Of a DNA stretch of 64,000 nucleotides, positions 1 through 11,805 are shown in pieces; the first letter of the stretch is position 1, and each line of letters starts with the position of its first letter. The notes below the pieces were generated by a model, which was given only the letters and a program-made list of their open reading frames with translations, was not told the origin of the DNA and did not search any database. Origin of the DNA: Enoplolaimus lenunculus (Eukaryota); assembly GCA_030248215.1 (NCBI GenBank), contig JASANG010002214.1, forward strand, positions 310,001 to 374,000. Direction: 5' to 3'. The position numbers and the translations under genes are program-made.

Positions 1-436
1 TACCCGGCCTTAGCCGGAGCCGAATAATAAATTCATTCAAATATTAAAACGTAGCTAACAATTTTTTCTTCCGTGGCTTAAGGTATCCAAAGTGTTTGCG
101 CGAAAAAGCTTAGCACCTCACACCGAAGCATATTTCATACCTTAACAACGATTCTATTCCACTGTTCTATGTTTATGAAGCGTTGCGTTCAGTAGCAATA
201 TTTTTTGGCCCATGTTCCTTTTAAGGACATCCAGTTTTCCGTAGGTAGTATAAAAATAGAGGTGGCTATGATTAAGGCTATTATTTTTGCATAGGCATAT
301 ATAGTGGTCCATGTTTTGCACAAAACCACCTAGGAAGGCACATTGGATGTAAGCTTTTTCATCAAATATAGCGATTTTTAGTATAGATAAACTGGAATAA
401 TAAACGGGTACAACTTCTGAATAAATTCTATTTGAG

Positions 437-647
437 ATGTCCAATCGGTCTCGAAGCTTTGAATCCGATCTCGAATACGCTCCAAGCGATGGACGATGTG
501 TGCCGTACTGTTCAAATCAAAATTGTCATAATGCGCCATTACTTGACCGGTATGATCAAGCAAATCTGTTATCGTCTGTCCCAGTTCAAGATACCAACGA
601 CATATATCCCCAAAATCACAGTCCATTCGATGCGTTGATGCTTAAAC
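437..647 (+). CDS. Candidate first coding exon of an afadin-like isoform (MSNRSRSFESDLEY...FDALMLK)
   Basis: ATG at 437 directly follows TTTGAG, with an in-frame stop at 422. The frame is open to a consensus donor GTAAGT at 648 (phase 1). Splicing to 1219 makes C+GC=Arg and stays in frame (..DALMLK-R-VFGFDRLG..). No recognisable domain. Confidence 0.6.
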
Positions 648-1218
648 GTAAGTTAACCGTTTGCTGCGAGCATCCATTAAGCTTATATACACGCAATGTT
701 TAATCAGAATTGCGTCGAAACTGCAATATTTCTTTAAATACCGCGGTGGATCGGTTTTCCCGGGGTTCCTCAAGTGTCCGGCGCCCCTACCGTGAAGGGT
801 TAGGGCGTGGTAGCCGCGGCCCGGGGCAGGGATAATTTACACAGCGCAGAATTTTTTAGCGGCGTTGTAGGAAAATTAATTTTTAAGTTCTGGGGCGAAA
901 ATGTTTGTAAGGCGGTGGCGACGTCCATCGCTTTCCCCTCGGTGTTGCGGCTCCAAACTGACCCATCCAAAGGCCCAGCGTTTTAGCGAGAGTTTAAACC
1001 CTATTTTGCATCTGGCAATTCGTAGCCTGTGAAGTCGGTCCAAGGCGAAGAATGACAAGTTGCCTTTTCCATAATGCCCAAAAATTCGCTTAGCTATCCG
1101 ATTGAGACATTCCACAGGACAAAGACCCGAATTGGACAAGGGCTACTAACAAATAACTAGTCGAAAATGCTGATATAGCTAAGCAATTATACCTTCACTG
1201 ATTCGTATTACATTTTAG

Positions 1219-1424
1219 GCGTTTTTGGATTCGATCGTCTCGGATCAGCGAAAAAGTCTCGTTCGCGACCAGCATCAACCGTCACTCCAGCTTCAATTAG
1301 CAGCCATTCTCGCCATGGCAACGGCAAAATCACGTCTAACTCACAGTCGCAGGTTGCGCTGAATTCGGTCAGTTGTTTCGCGTTCGATAGTATTTTCGAT
1401 AGCCTTCACCGATCACACGATCAG
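1219..1424 (+). CDS. Candidate exon (VFGFDRLGSAKKSRSRPAST...SLHRSHDQ), Ser-rich
   Basis: Acceptor CATTTTAG ends at 1218. Then 2 nt plus 68 open codons, and donor CAG|GTAAGC at 1425 (phase 0, compatible with the exon at 51797). Alternative in-frame donors at 1353 and 1368. Confidence 0.65.
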
Positions 1425-1477
1425 GTAAGCTGACATGGGTTTTGTGGGTATACGCGGTGTAGATTGTGTATGTGCAG

Positions 1478-1821
1478 CAGGGTGCAACCGGAATTACAAT
1501 TTACCGGAACCGGAAAGTGAAAAATGCATTTCACCAAAAATTTCATTTTAATCTTATTTTTTCTCTATTATTTGTGAAATAACCTTAGTGGAACATAGGT
1601 ATTTTTTTATTTGTTGTATTTTAGATTTTCATCATCGACTGAAGTTATATTCGGAGTACAAGTGGCTTTCAAAAGAGATTCTTAAAAATTAGCAAAGTTA
1701 ACATAACGGCCAAATTATAACACCGGAATTTTTAAATCCGGTAAAACTTTACCGAAACCGGAACCGGAACCGGAAGGCGAAAAAATGCCGGAACCGGAAA
1801 CGGAATTCCGGTTGCACCCTG
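1478..1821. mobile_element. hAT-like MITE with ACCGGA subterminal repeats
   Basis: TIR CAGGGTGCAACCGGAATT / AATTCCGGTTGCACCCTG, with an exact 8-bp TSD ATGTGCAG on both sides. Confidence 0.9.
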
Positions 1822-1896
1822 ATGTGCAGAGTTTGGAACGGTAAGACACATATTACATACTCGTACACGTATAGCACCAAACGAAATTATGATATC

Positions 1897-1972
1897 GGCT
1901 GCGTGGTGTAATGGGTAACGCGTTTGACTCGCTCGCATGCGAAACGTCCGAGGTTCCATTCCCGTTGTGGCC
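1897..1972 (+). pseudogene. tRNA-derived sequence (tRNA pseudogene or SINE head)
   Basis: A-box-like TGGTGTAATGG and B-box-like GGTTCCATTCC. Ends GGCTGCG/TGTGGCC pair as an acceptor stem with G-U pairs; D-stem GTGT/ACGC. The anticodon arm is irregular (TCGC-TCGCAT-GCGA plus extra bases). Confidence 0.6.
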
Positions 1973-2804
1973 TTATCTTTCGGAGAAACAAGCGCGTGAC
2001 CGTAATTTTAAGCGAGAAAACAGCAACGCTCCTCGAAGACCATTTTGGTTTTTTGTTGAAAATTTGTTGCCTATTTTCTAAAATTTTGTGAAAATTCTCC
2101 TGGAGGCCTTGAAGTATCCCCCCGCCAAAACATACTAGGGTGTAATCTTGCGTCCAACTTGCTACGCTGCACGTAGGTCATTTCCTAGGCGACAAATGAG
2201 TACAATTAATCAACGCAATACTTTTTAACAATTGGGACGAGGAGGGGCGAAATGTTCCAAACATTGTGAACCTTCATGGTTCCAATTGGCACTGGCCCTG
2301 TGGAATCCTTAGTCATTCATCGACTGGAAGATACCATAAATGGAAAAACTTCAAACTTTATTTTCTTCTTTATGTGGTCCTCAGCAACTTTACCAAATAC
2401 AATATTGTACAAACACACGTGGCCCTAGTCACAGTGTTTAGCCTCAACCTTAGGCTTAGATTTAGAAACTGGCTTAACGTTTATCTAAACTTGAGCGTCT
2501 AAGACTCGACTTTATATTTGAGGCAAATTGAGAGAAACCTATTTTTTTCAGCTCATATGTGTACTTATCCTGTATACTGTTCAGAATGTTGGAAATTATT
2601 TCAAGTTTAAAGTTAAAATAGTGTTTAGTACAGAGGAACAGTTGTTGTTTTCAATATGCATTTTCAAATTCTTTTTTGTCGCAATACCAGTTTCGGTCGT
2701 ATATATTGCGGGTGATAATGTGTGAATTCGTAGTATTTACTCATCAAACGGACAATTTCAACAGTAGCTCTAGCTTATCTTTGTCGTTGAGATTGAATAG
2801 TACA

Positions 2805-2979
2805 CGGGCACGTAGCCAAGAGGAGACACTAGGGGGGTGCAGCCACCCTGGATAAATTTTTGCCCCCCCCCCCCCTAGAAAGTTTTCAACATTGCTTGTA
2901 ACTCATTGACAAACGCCTTGAATGCCCCTCCGAAAAATTTTTTAGCCTCCCCTAGCAAGGTGAGCTGGCTACGGGCATG
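2805..2979. mobile_element. MITE family D (hAT-like, about 170 bp)
   Basis: Ends resemble CAGGCCCGTAGCCA / TGGCTACGGGCCTG. Shares the core CAACCTTGCTTGTAA...GCCCCTCCTGAAAAA with the other D copies. Confidence 0.8.
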
Positions 2980-3517
2980 GTCGTTAAGGTTGAATACATT
3001 TATTTACGCAAAAATTGAGCGATGTACAGCTGTGATATAATATTTTAATGAATCGCATTTCGACTGTTACGTGGAATATGTTCTGTAAGCAGCATTTTTT
3101 AGCTGTAATATAACCACTTGTAGTTTGTCTCCCATAGCGCCGAAATTTTCAGACCTTAACACAACTTTGGTTTGAAATTAGGCTTAGGATTAAATTTAGG
3201 CTTAAACTTTGCTGAGGATCGTCGTTTATTACGTTTCAAAGCTTGAAAAATCAAGTCAAACCAACTGAGTATTAAAACTGGTGAAATTTATTTAGAACCC
3301 AAGTGTTGGTTAAATTAACTAAAATAGTTTAAATAATCGATAAACTGAAATCTGTTGTACGTTTTCGTCCGTTGTTCAACAGCTGAAATTTCGAATTTTT
3401 TATGGTCTAATAATATGTCATTGTACGCTTTTGACGTGCGTACACGTACGATTGTAGAATTGGTAAGTACAATATCATATTATCATTAGAGCTTGTTTGT
3501 GTTTGGTAGCATTTTCA

Positions 3518-3518
<1 letters not shown>

Positions 3519-3562
<44 letters not shown>

Positions 3563-3583
3563 GCTATTATTATTATTATTATT
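3519..3583. repeat. (ATT)n microsatellite
   Basis: Read directly; one interruption. Confidence 0.95.
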
Positions 3584-4554
3584 CAATCCCAACTGGTCAT
3601 TTAAACTGTCCGTGATTGCAATGATAATCGGTGGCGCTTAGCGCACGGTCGAAAAACTAATTGTTTAACAAATAAAAACTATAAAATTCCTTGTACTCTT
3701 ATAATCAAAAAATAATCCTCAAATCCCTTCAAGAAAAAACTGCTCGGGCCAAACTGTGACATTTCAACTTGTTCATTTAGTCAAAACATGACAAGTTTTT
3801 TGTTGAGAATTTTATTTAATTTGACAACATTGCATGTGTGATACACTGAGACAAACAACAGTATACTGTACTAAAAAATTTGAACCCAAGAACGTTTGTC
3901 AGCGGAAAAAACAGTACCTACTTAAATATTAGTTGTATGGATGCAAAAATTAGCTGAATTATTAGCGATAGTTTAGTGAAACGGCAAGCTTACGTGACAG
4001 AAATGGATTCAGATTGGAATGCGTGGTGGCTCCCTGGCGGTCCCATCTGGCAACGCCCGAAACAAAAGCAACTCTGTTGTTTACTCTCAGTGATCAATTA
4101 AAATTTACTTGTTTGTGTCAATTTTGTCCTTGGGCGTCCGAGAAATACCCTATCGTTTAAGTTGTATCAGCATTTTAACAACACAACAAAAGGTTGTGAC
4201 CGACTTTTTTTACTATGAAAAATTTGTTCCGTTCAACTGAGAGAAGAATAATTTTTGTTGTTTGGCGAAAACTTGGCGGTGATTTTTGTGAAATTTGTTA
4301 CAATTTTCATTTTAAACATTGAAAACGTAATTTTGTCAAATACGTTGCGTGTCAAATTGCAACCTTTTGTCAGCAATTTTTTTCAATGTATTTTGTCATT
4401 TTGCGTCAGTGACGTTTTAGTAATCGTTTATGACATATATTTAAAGAAAAAAATGTATTATTATTTTTTAAGTTTTTATTGTGGTTTAATAAACAAATGC
4501 GTTCTGGTACACTTTCCTCATTGCATTTAAGTTCAAAGCTTATACTCAGACTAA

Positions 4555-4778
4555 GAGTTACGCTATCCTTGACGTCCGACGCCGTCAGTCGCTATGCGTT
4601 AACCGTACGGCGCGCCGTCCATCAGCGTTCGTCACCCGTGCAGTACCGTCCGTCACCGTCCGTCACCGTCCGTCACCGTACGTTATTGTACGTGACTTAC
4701 TTGCGTACGATACCGCACGGTGACGGACGGTGCTGCACGGTGACGCGCGGCGCCGGACGGACAAGTATAGCGCATCCC
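4555..4778. mobile_element. MITE family G (PIF/Harbinger-like, GC-rich foldback)
   Basis: Ends GAGTTACGCTATCCTTG / CAAGTATAGCGCATCCC, flanked by TAA / TTA. Arms are built from CCGTCA/TGACGG subrepeats. Confidence 0.75.
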
Positions 4779-5491
4779 TTAGGTGTAGATAAATGGCAAA
4801 TTTAATTAGCAAACAATACGTGGACAATAACCCCTAATTACTTATTTCTTCTTGTATCTTAAGAACAACCTTTCATGTTTCTATTTATATTTTACGCAAT
4901 ACACCCTAGTATTAGTAACATTGTTTCATCTGTTATCCAAAAAAAAATAAATTTTAGCTTAATTGTTACAAGCATAGCATACCATTGAACTCAAAGGCCA
5001 TCTTTAAACAAAATCGTGTCACTCAGTTTATAGGCCAATATTATCAGACGGCAAATATTTAAAATAAATAGAGCATTTCAAGTTGCCTATAATTCATTAA
5101 ACGTTGTGCGAAATTTTAAAAATTTGAAATCACTTTACGTTTCAATTGTAAGTTTGATACCAACATGCGATATTTGCTATTATTTAAGTAGATGCTTTTG
5201 CAATGTGGTTATCCTATAAACGGCTTTTTACAATTAAATACTGTCTCACAAGACCTACATGCATTTGAAATAGGGTCATATAGCCTAGTTTATGATGCAA
5301 ACGGAACGATTACGTTGTGTAAAATTTTCAAAAGCTATGGAAGGACTTGTATTTACAACTGAAAAAGTTCTTGAAACCCGTGGACAAAAATTACATAAGG
5401 ATGGGATCCATTTCGTGAGCCAATACAGCCTTGTTACGCACTTGATTGAATGAAAGTTGTTTTTGTTTACGTTTAAGAATAATAAGTATAA

Positions 5492-6020
5492 GGGTTGCGT
5501 TATACTTTTGTTGACGTATCGGCGCCGTGCGTCACCTGTACGACGCTGTCCGTTACTGTGCGTCACCCGTGCGGTGCCGTCCGTCACTGTCCGTCACCCG
5601 TACGGTGACGTCCTTCACCGTGCGTCACCAGTACAGCACTGTCCGTCACCATGCAGTATCGTACGCAATAACTAACGTACGATAGGCCATGGTGCGAACG
5701 TTGACGTATGGCACCGTACGGGTGACGACGCACGGAGACGGACGGCACCGTACGGGTGACGCATAGTGACGGACGGCGCCGAACGGGTGACGCACAGTGA
5801 CGGACGGCGCCGAACGGGTGACGCACATTGACGGACGGCGCCGAACGGGTGACGCACAGTGACGGACGGCGCCGAACGCGTGACGCACATTGACGGACGG
5901 CGCCGAACGGGTGACGCACAGTGACGGACGGCGCCGAACGGGTGACGCACAGTGACGGACGGCGCCAAACGGGTGACGCACAGTGACGGACGGCGCCGAA
6001 CGTCAAGTATTGCGCATCCC
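5492..6020. mobile_element. MITE family G copy with an internal 31-bp tandem expansion
   Basis: Ends GGGTTGCGTTATACTT / AAGTATTGCGCATCCC, preceded by TAA. About 8.5 copies of GACGGACGGCGCCGAACGGGTGACGCACAGT at about 5737-6002. Confidence 0.8.
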
Positions 6021-6959
6021 AAATATGCAAAAAACTGCAGACAAAAGCCTGCAATGTTGTGGACCTCATGAAGGTTCTTAGTGTACTTTCGGATCAATAT
6101 CTGTTCAAAAGAAACTGGTTTAGTTTGCAAAACTGTACTAAAACATTTTAATTGGCTAAAAAATATAATGATTGCTTCTAGTAAAAGATTGTTATTACGC
6201 AATTTAATTTAAGAACCGTTTCGTTGAGTTAACCGCATATCTGAAATGAAATTGAAATAATTGTTCAAGTTCCAGCGTTTACATCGTCGTTTTATTTGCA
6301 CCTGAATCTTCGCATGTTTCAAAATGTGAAATTTGCGAAAAGTAGTGTATTTCAAATAGAATTATCAAAACATCACAGCGCGTACGCAAAATATGGTGGA
6401 TCATGCGTAACGCTTAATACGGTGTCATTTTGACGTTTGTTTACAAATTTCGGGGTCACACATATTCAGATATCCCAATTGCGTCCCACAGCCTTGATGT
6501 TTACAATTCAATCATCAGTGTCGAGCGGCTTTTCAACGTTGCGATTATAATTAAAATCTGAAAGGAAACGCTGTAAAGACGATAAACGCCAATATTCAAG
6601 CTTAATTGCATAATTGACCGCACGTATTTTAACTCAACGCGAATTTAATAACAGTAACATTCGTTTTTAGACTATTGATTTGTTACACCTGCGTTTTGCG
6701 TTCAAAAATTACGTGGATCATAATTTGATTTGTGCGGCAACTTCAGAAGACCAGAAAGGCACCGCCCACCCCCCTTTTTGAACATCTTCACCACATTTGC
6801 CGAATAGGTTTTCGATACTGTTGAAAGGGAATCTAAGTTAAGCGAAATATTACTAATAGTTAATCTAGAAATCTGTTAAAGTCTTTTATATTAACAATTC
6901 ATGTTTCTGAAATTTAGGCATTCGATTGAGTAAAACTTTGGAAGTTTTATATAAAGTTT

Positions 6960-7111
6960 GGCCAATGTTACTTTTAGGAGCGTAACAGTAGATTAAGCGT
7001 ATTCCTCAGCCTATAAAGCCTTAGCCTAAGCAAAAAAATGTAATCTAGAATCAAAACCTACATTTTGTAGACCCTCCAGAATCCTGGACGCCTCTTAAAG
7101 TAACACGGGCG
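6960..7111 (-). mobile_element. Telomere-repeat MITE family B
   Basis: GGCCAATGTTACTTTTAGG...AAAGTAACACGGGC with internal GCCTAA units. Flanks TAAAGTTT/TCAAGTTT. Confidence 0.8.
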
Positions 7112-7650
7112 TCAAGTTTCACAAAACAAAGCTTATTAAAACAGTTATCAGCCATGGTGCGTATTAAATTCCGAGTCAATTTAGAATTCACATTAAATCA
7201 TCGTCTATTTTTGTAATATTTTGCAAACGTTACTGGCTTGAAAAGTATCAACCAAACATGGCAGTACATTCTGGATCAGGTTGTGTCTAGGACGTTCCAA
7301 TAACCAGTTAATAGAAATTGGCTAATTATTTGTTTTGTATTAGGTTACTCTAAAACAAGCGTTATTTGAACTTTGGTCTGGTTCAAGTCAAGCGACGCCT
7401 GTACTCTTGCAACTGCTCATCTGTCTGGGCCCACTTATAACAGCTAAAATGTGAATGGTCTGGTTTGGGCCATTGTGAGTCAATAATTGCATACTGTTTC
7501 AAAGGGTTCTACTGCGATCCTAATTAGCCGCTAGCACGGTGAGGAAAGTAAACGTTTTAAGCGTTACTTTGTCTCTGTATGTATGAACATCTCGAAAAAT
7601 ACTAAATTTAGTTTTAAAGAATACTTAAGACTGTTAAATATGATCGTTAG

Positions 7651-7822
7651 GGCCCATGCTACTGTAAGGGACGTCCTGGTTTCTGGTGGGTCTCTAAATA
7701 GTAGTTTTAGATTCTAGATTACATTTTTTTGCTTAGGCTTAGGGATTCATTTTTGCAACGCTTAGGCTTAGGCTTAGGAATGCGCTTAATCTACAGTTAC
7801 GCCCGTTAAAGTAACATTGTCC
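7651..7822 (+). mobile_element. Telomere-repeat MITE family B
   Basis: GGCCCATGCTACTGTAAGGGACGTCC...AAAGTAACATTGTCC with an internal (TTAGGC)n run. Flanks ATCGTTAG/ATAGTTAA. Confidence 0.8.
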
Positions 7823-9179
7823 ATAGTTAAAAAAGGTATTCTATCGGGTTTTTATTAAGATATGTCAACTAATCCTGCATAGCCAATGATTGATTACTTG
7901 ATTGTTTTTGACAGGCAGACCGAGTTGTGAAAAGGCGAACATTTTTCTCATGCAAAAGGGCTGTATTATGGTTGAATAATTAAGTATTTATAGAGCCATG
8001 ATTTTAGTTGTTGTTTCTCGATGCCTTCCCCACCAATGAAAACTTTTGGCTACGCCATGGTTCCTGTGGCCAGTTATACTCTGACAACGATCCCACTTTC
8101 CAAAGACAACAAAAAATGAACGAGTATAACGGGAATAGCTTGTGCTCAAATTTTTCTAAAACGTGGGGCTGTCTACAGCAGTACTGCCGGGACAGTAGGA
8201 CAGTCGGGACAGCCGGAACAGCATAACAGCTGCGACAGCGGGAACAGTTTTTGCCGGTTGTACATTTCGCGTTCCATGAGTTTAAGCTCATTCATCGTTT
8301 GAAATTTTAAATTAATTTAAAGTATAAATTTAACACCAATGCTCGTTCGCATGTACACTGGGCGCTGTTTTCACATTCCAATCACGACTACAATTCACAA
8401 TGTTGTACACATGCAGAGAGTGACCTTAAATTGCAATACTAACGAAATATTTGCAGTATCACATACGAATGTGTTATATTTCATGATTTTCAACGCATTT
8501 GCATTGCTGACTGTGTTATTTAGTAATATTCACGTTTTAAACGACACTTTACTTTAATGAAATTTATGCCTTTGTACGGTTTAATTCATTGATTTTCACC
8601 CCACCGTTCGTGTATTTTGCGTTAAACAAGCACAGAATATCTACATTCTCACGCACTGGATTAAGAGCCATTCCTGGTGTTTAGCATGATACAGGATTGA
8701 TTGTACTGTAAGGTTGTGTCGAATTAAGCCTAACAATTATTTACAATGAGTTTAATGTTTTCTAGAAGCTGGAATTAAGTCTAAGATCAGTTTGAAGTGA
8801 TATATTTTTGTTGCTAGGGTGTCGCGATTGACTGATTCCCCCTATTTCCACACGGCTTCGACGTCTATATATTCTCTCGTGTTCACATGGATAAGACAAT
8901 TAATCTATTTCAAAAATTTGAATGCCATTTTAAGGTAAATTTTAAACTGTGGCCGATTTAATTGATACGGTTTAATATTTACTCGATTTGCGAGTATAAT
9001 TTCGTTTTAGTATGCTTTTGTTACGGTTTTGTTGATGCGAATTTACGATTTCGCTGATTTTACCACGTATGTTTTACTGTTTTTTACTGTTGAATTATAA
9101 GTAAAGTTTAAAATTTAGAAACTTTGTCAATTCCGGCGTTATACGAACTTATGGTTCAAAGAAAACCAAACGTACAACG

Positions 9180-9418
9180 GGACCATGTAAAGATCCTACG
9201 TGGAACGTTGTTCTGTGGGACTGTTATAGAGTAAACATAAGCTTTACTGTTTTTTTGTACTGTTGAATTATAAGTAAACTTCAAAATTTAGAAACTGTTA
9301 AAATTAAGCTTTAGGCTATTTTTTGCTTAGGTTTAAGCGTAAGTATAAGGTCTATTCTTACGCTTAGGCTTAGAAATATGCTTATACTACTGTTAGCGCC
9401 CTGTTCTGAACATTGGCC
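9180..9418 (+). mobile_element. Telomere-repeat MITE family A, degenerate, with a roughly 60-bp insert copied from the flank
   Basis: GGACCATGTAAAGATC...ACATTGGCC ends. Insert 9243-9296 matches 9073-9123. Confidence 0.75.
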
Positions 9419-9618
9419 CGCAAACATTTGCATCGTAAAAGTAAACTCTATCGGGTGCAGTACAGAAATTCGCAATATAAATTTGAAAGGGTTGATTTTT
9501 AAATACCATATTTCTTAAGGATGTAGCGCTGTCGTCTATTATAGCGTTGGACCTAACACTTGTACATTTCATCAAACATATAACTTCCATGCCGCTGAGA
9601 AATTTAGTTAATATTGTA

Positions 9619-10106
9619 CTGTAGTGACCCGTATAAGAGGGGGTAATCAGAGGGATTTCCAATTTGAGTCCCAATCAATCGGAGTCCGTATCCGTAATAA
9701 GAGTCCATAAATGCCAATTATTCATAATTGTGAGAAGTCCGTATCCCTAATAAGAGCCCGTAAGCGGATAGAGCCCCTTAACCCTAATTAGAGTCCATAA
9801 ATTTCAATTATCACTAACTGTAGGGCATAAATGATTCCAGGACCAAATAAAGTTGAGTTCGAAACTTTAAAGCGGACTTAAGTTTTGAAAGTAACAGTCC
9901 AAAGTATAATCTTGCAACCAAGCTTTTGATGCGACGCAAAAAATGTTTATTTCAACGAATAGCTGCAATACCGGATATATATCAGTGGCGAAGGGTGGCG
10001 GAGGGCTGGTTGGAAATAAATAATAGTCCGTAACCAAATAACAGGAGGGCACCCTGTGGAGAAGCCAAATAAATGTCAGTCGCCCCTCTTATTCGGGTCA
10101 CTACAG
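9619..10106. mobile_element. MITE family F (Tc1/mariner-like, TA TSD)
   Basis: TIR CTGTAGTGACCCG(T/A)ATAAGAGGGG at both ends, flanked by TA. Internal degenerate GAGTCCGTATCCCTAATAA repeats. Fragments also at about 23401-23570, 34835-35012 and 61980-63020. Confidence 0.85.
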
Positions 10107-10157
10107 TATAGGGTATAGATGCATTTCTTAAAAACAACTCAACAAAACCTACAATCG

Positions 10158-11000
10158 AACTAGAAAAAATTGCTCAGCACTTGAGTAGCATGGGATATGC
10201 TTCATATTCCTATGAAAAGGATAGTAACTAGACCAGCACATTCGTTCGATGTAACCTGGAAAAATATTAAGAAACAATGGCGTCCAAAATCATGTTGACT
10301 ATTAATTCTTCTGAAACATATTGCGGATAGCAAATCTATTTTTATGTTGAAAGTTTTTGGCAGATTTATTAGGCATTTTATGAAATTTCTTAGATAATGG
10401 CTGGGTTACAGAGACATGGCTGAAGTAGAGCGATGTTTGCTTTTGCCAGATTAGTCGATGCTGCCAGAATACGGTGAGAATTTCAGCCTCTAGTCGTGGC
10501 TATGCAGTGAAACAAATAACTCGGTAGACCTGTAAACTTGTTTGTTTGTCGCTAAGGTTAAAAGTCGGCTAAAGTAAAGACTCGTTTTTAAAGCATCAAT
10601 TGCGAGTCATTTTGTGACAACGCCTTGTTTGAGAAAGTATCTAAAACAAAATTGTTCATCAATACTCTAACTCACCAATTATGTTGCCATACAGTGTTCT
10701 TATGAAATTCAATTAACTATGTTAATAGAGAGCCAAAGGTGAGTTTAGTACGTTCTTGTGGAAAACTTCAACACACATTTTAAGCAAAACATTTGTTTCT
10801 TACAAAAAGAAAATTACAGAAATTTCGCTATCCGCAATATGTTTCAGAAGAATTAATAGTCAACATGATTTTGGACGCCATTGTTTCTTAATATTTTTCC
10901 AGGTTACATCGAACGAATGTGCTGGTCTAGTTACTATCCTTTTAATAGGAATATGAAGCATATTCCATGCTGCTCAAGTGCTGAGCAATTTTTTCTAGTT
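10158..11000. repeat. Long near-perfect inverted repeat (foldback element), arms about 174 bp
   Basis: 10158-10331 is the reverse complement of 10827-11000, with about 3 mismatches by eye and a spacer of about 495 bp. Confidence 0.92.
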
Positions 11001-11151
11001 TCAACCGCTTTACCAAGCTGCTGATTAATCCATCAATCTGAACAATGAAAAATAAGAAGACTGTTTAAACTAAATACAGAGTTTCAATAAATCGTTTGCA
11101 TGACAGAAACTTTTATCCTGACAACAAGCGCCTAACCAACGTATTTGTATA

Positions 11152-11805
11152 AAACCAACCATTGGGGCGAAACAACCACGGGGTGACATTGTTCGTTGGG
11201 TAAACCAACCGTTGGGGTGAAGTCAGCCATTGGGGTGAAACCAACCGTTGGGGTGAAACCGACTGTTGGGGTGAAACGAACCGTTGGGATGAAACAGACT
11301 GTTGGGGTGAAACCAACCGTTGGAGTGAAACCGACTGTTGGGGTGAAACCAACCGTTGGGGTGAAACCGACTGTTGGGGTGAAACCAACCGTTGGAGTGA
11401 AACCGACTGTTGGGGTGAAACCAACCGTTGGGGTGAAACCAACCGTTGGAGTGAAACCGACTGTTGGGGTGAAACCAACCGTTGGGGTGAAACCGACTGT
11501 TGGGGTGAAACCAACCGTTGGGGTGAAACCGACTGTTGGGGTGAAACCAACCGTTGGGGTGAAACCGACTTTTGGGGTGAAACCAACCGTTAGGGTGAAA
11601 CCGACTGTTGGGGGTGAAACCAACCGTTGGGGTAAAACCAATCATTGGGGTGAAACCAACGGTTGGGTTGAAACCGACTGTTGGAGTGAAACTAACCGTT
11701 GGGGTGAAACCGACTATTGGGGTGAAACCAACCGTTGCGGTGAAACTGACTGTTGGGGTGAAACCAATCATTGGGGTGAAACCGACAGTTGGGATGAAAC
11801 CAACC
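11152..11805. repeat. 18-bp minisatellite GTTGGGGTGAAACC(AACC/GACT), roughly 35 units
   Basis: Read directly. Two variants mostly alternate, giving a 36-bp higher-order unit. This array produces the spurious VKPTVG/TVGFTP ORFs. Confidence 0.95.

Noticed and set aside
154..626. Minus-strand ORFs 154-444 and 378-626
   Set aside because: No recognisable motif. The + strand frame at 437 has a consensus donor and an in-frame partner exon.
5584..6202. Three overlapping minus-strand ORFs
   Set aside because: These are translations of the 31-bp GC-rich repeat inside a MITE.
7915..7975. Possible micro-exon after TTTTTGACAG
   Set aside because: No convincing donor and no recognisable peptide.
8170..8250. 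Short degenerate GGGACAG repeats
   Set aside because: Too short and irregular to assign, with no boundaries or coding support.
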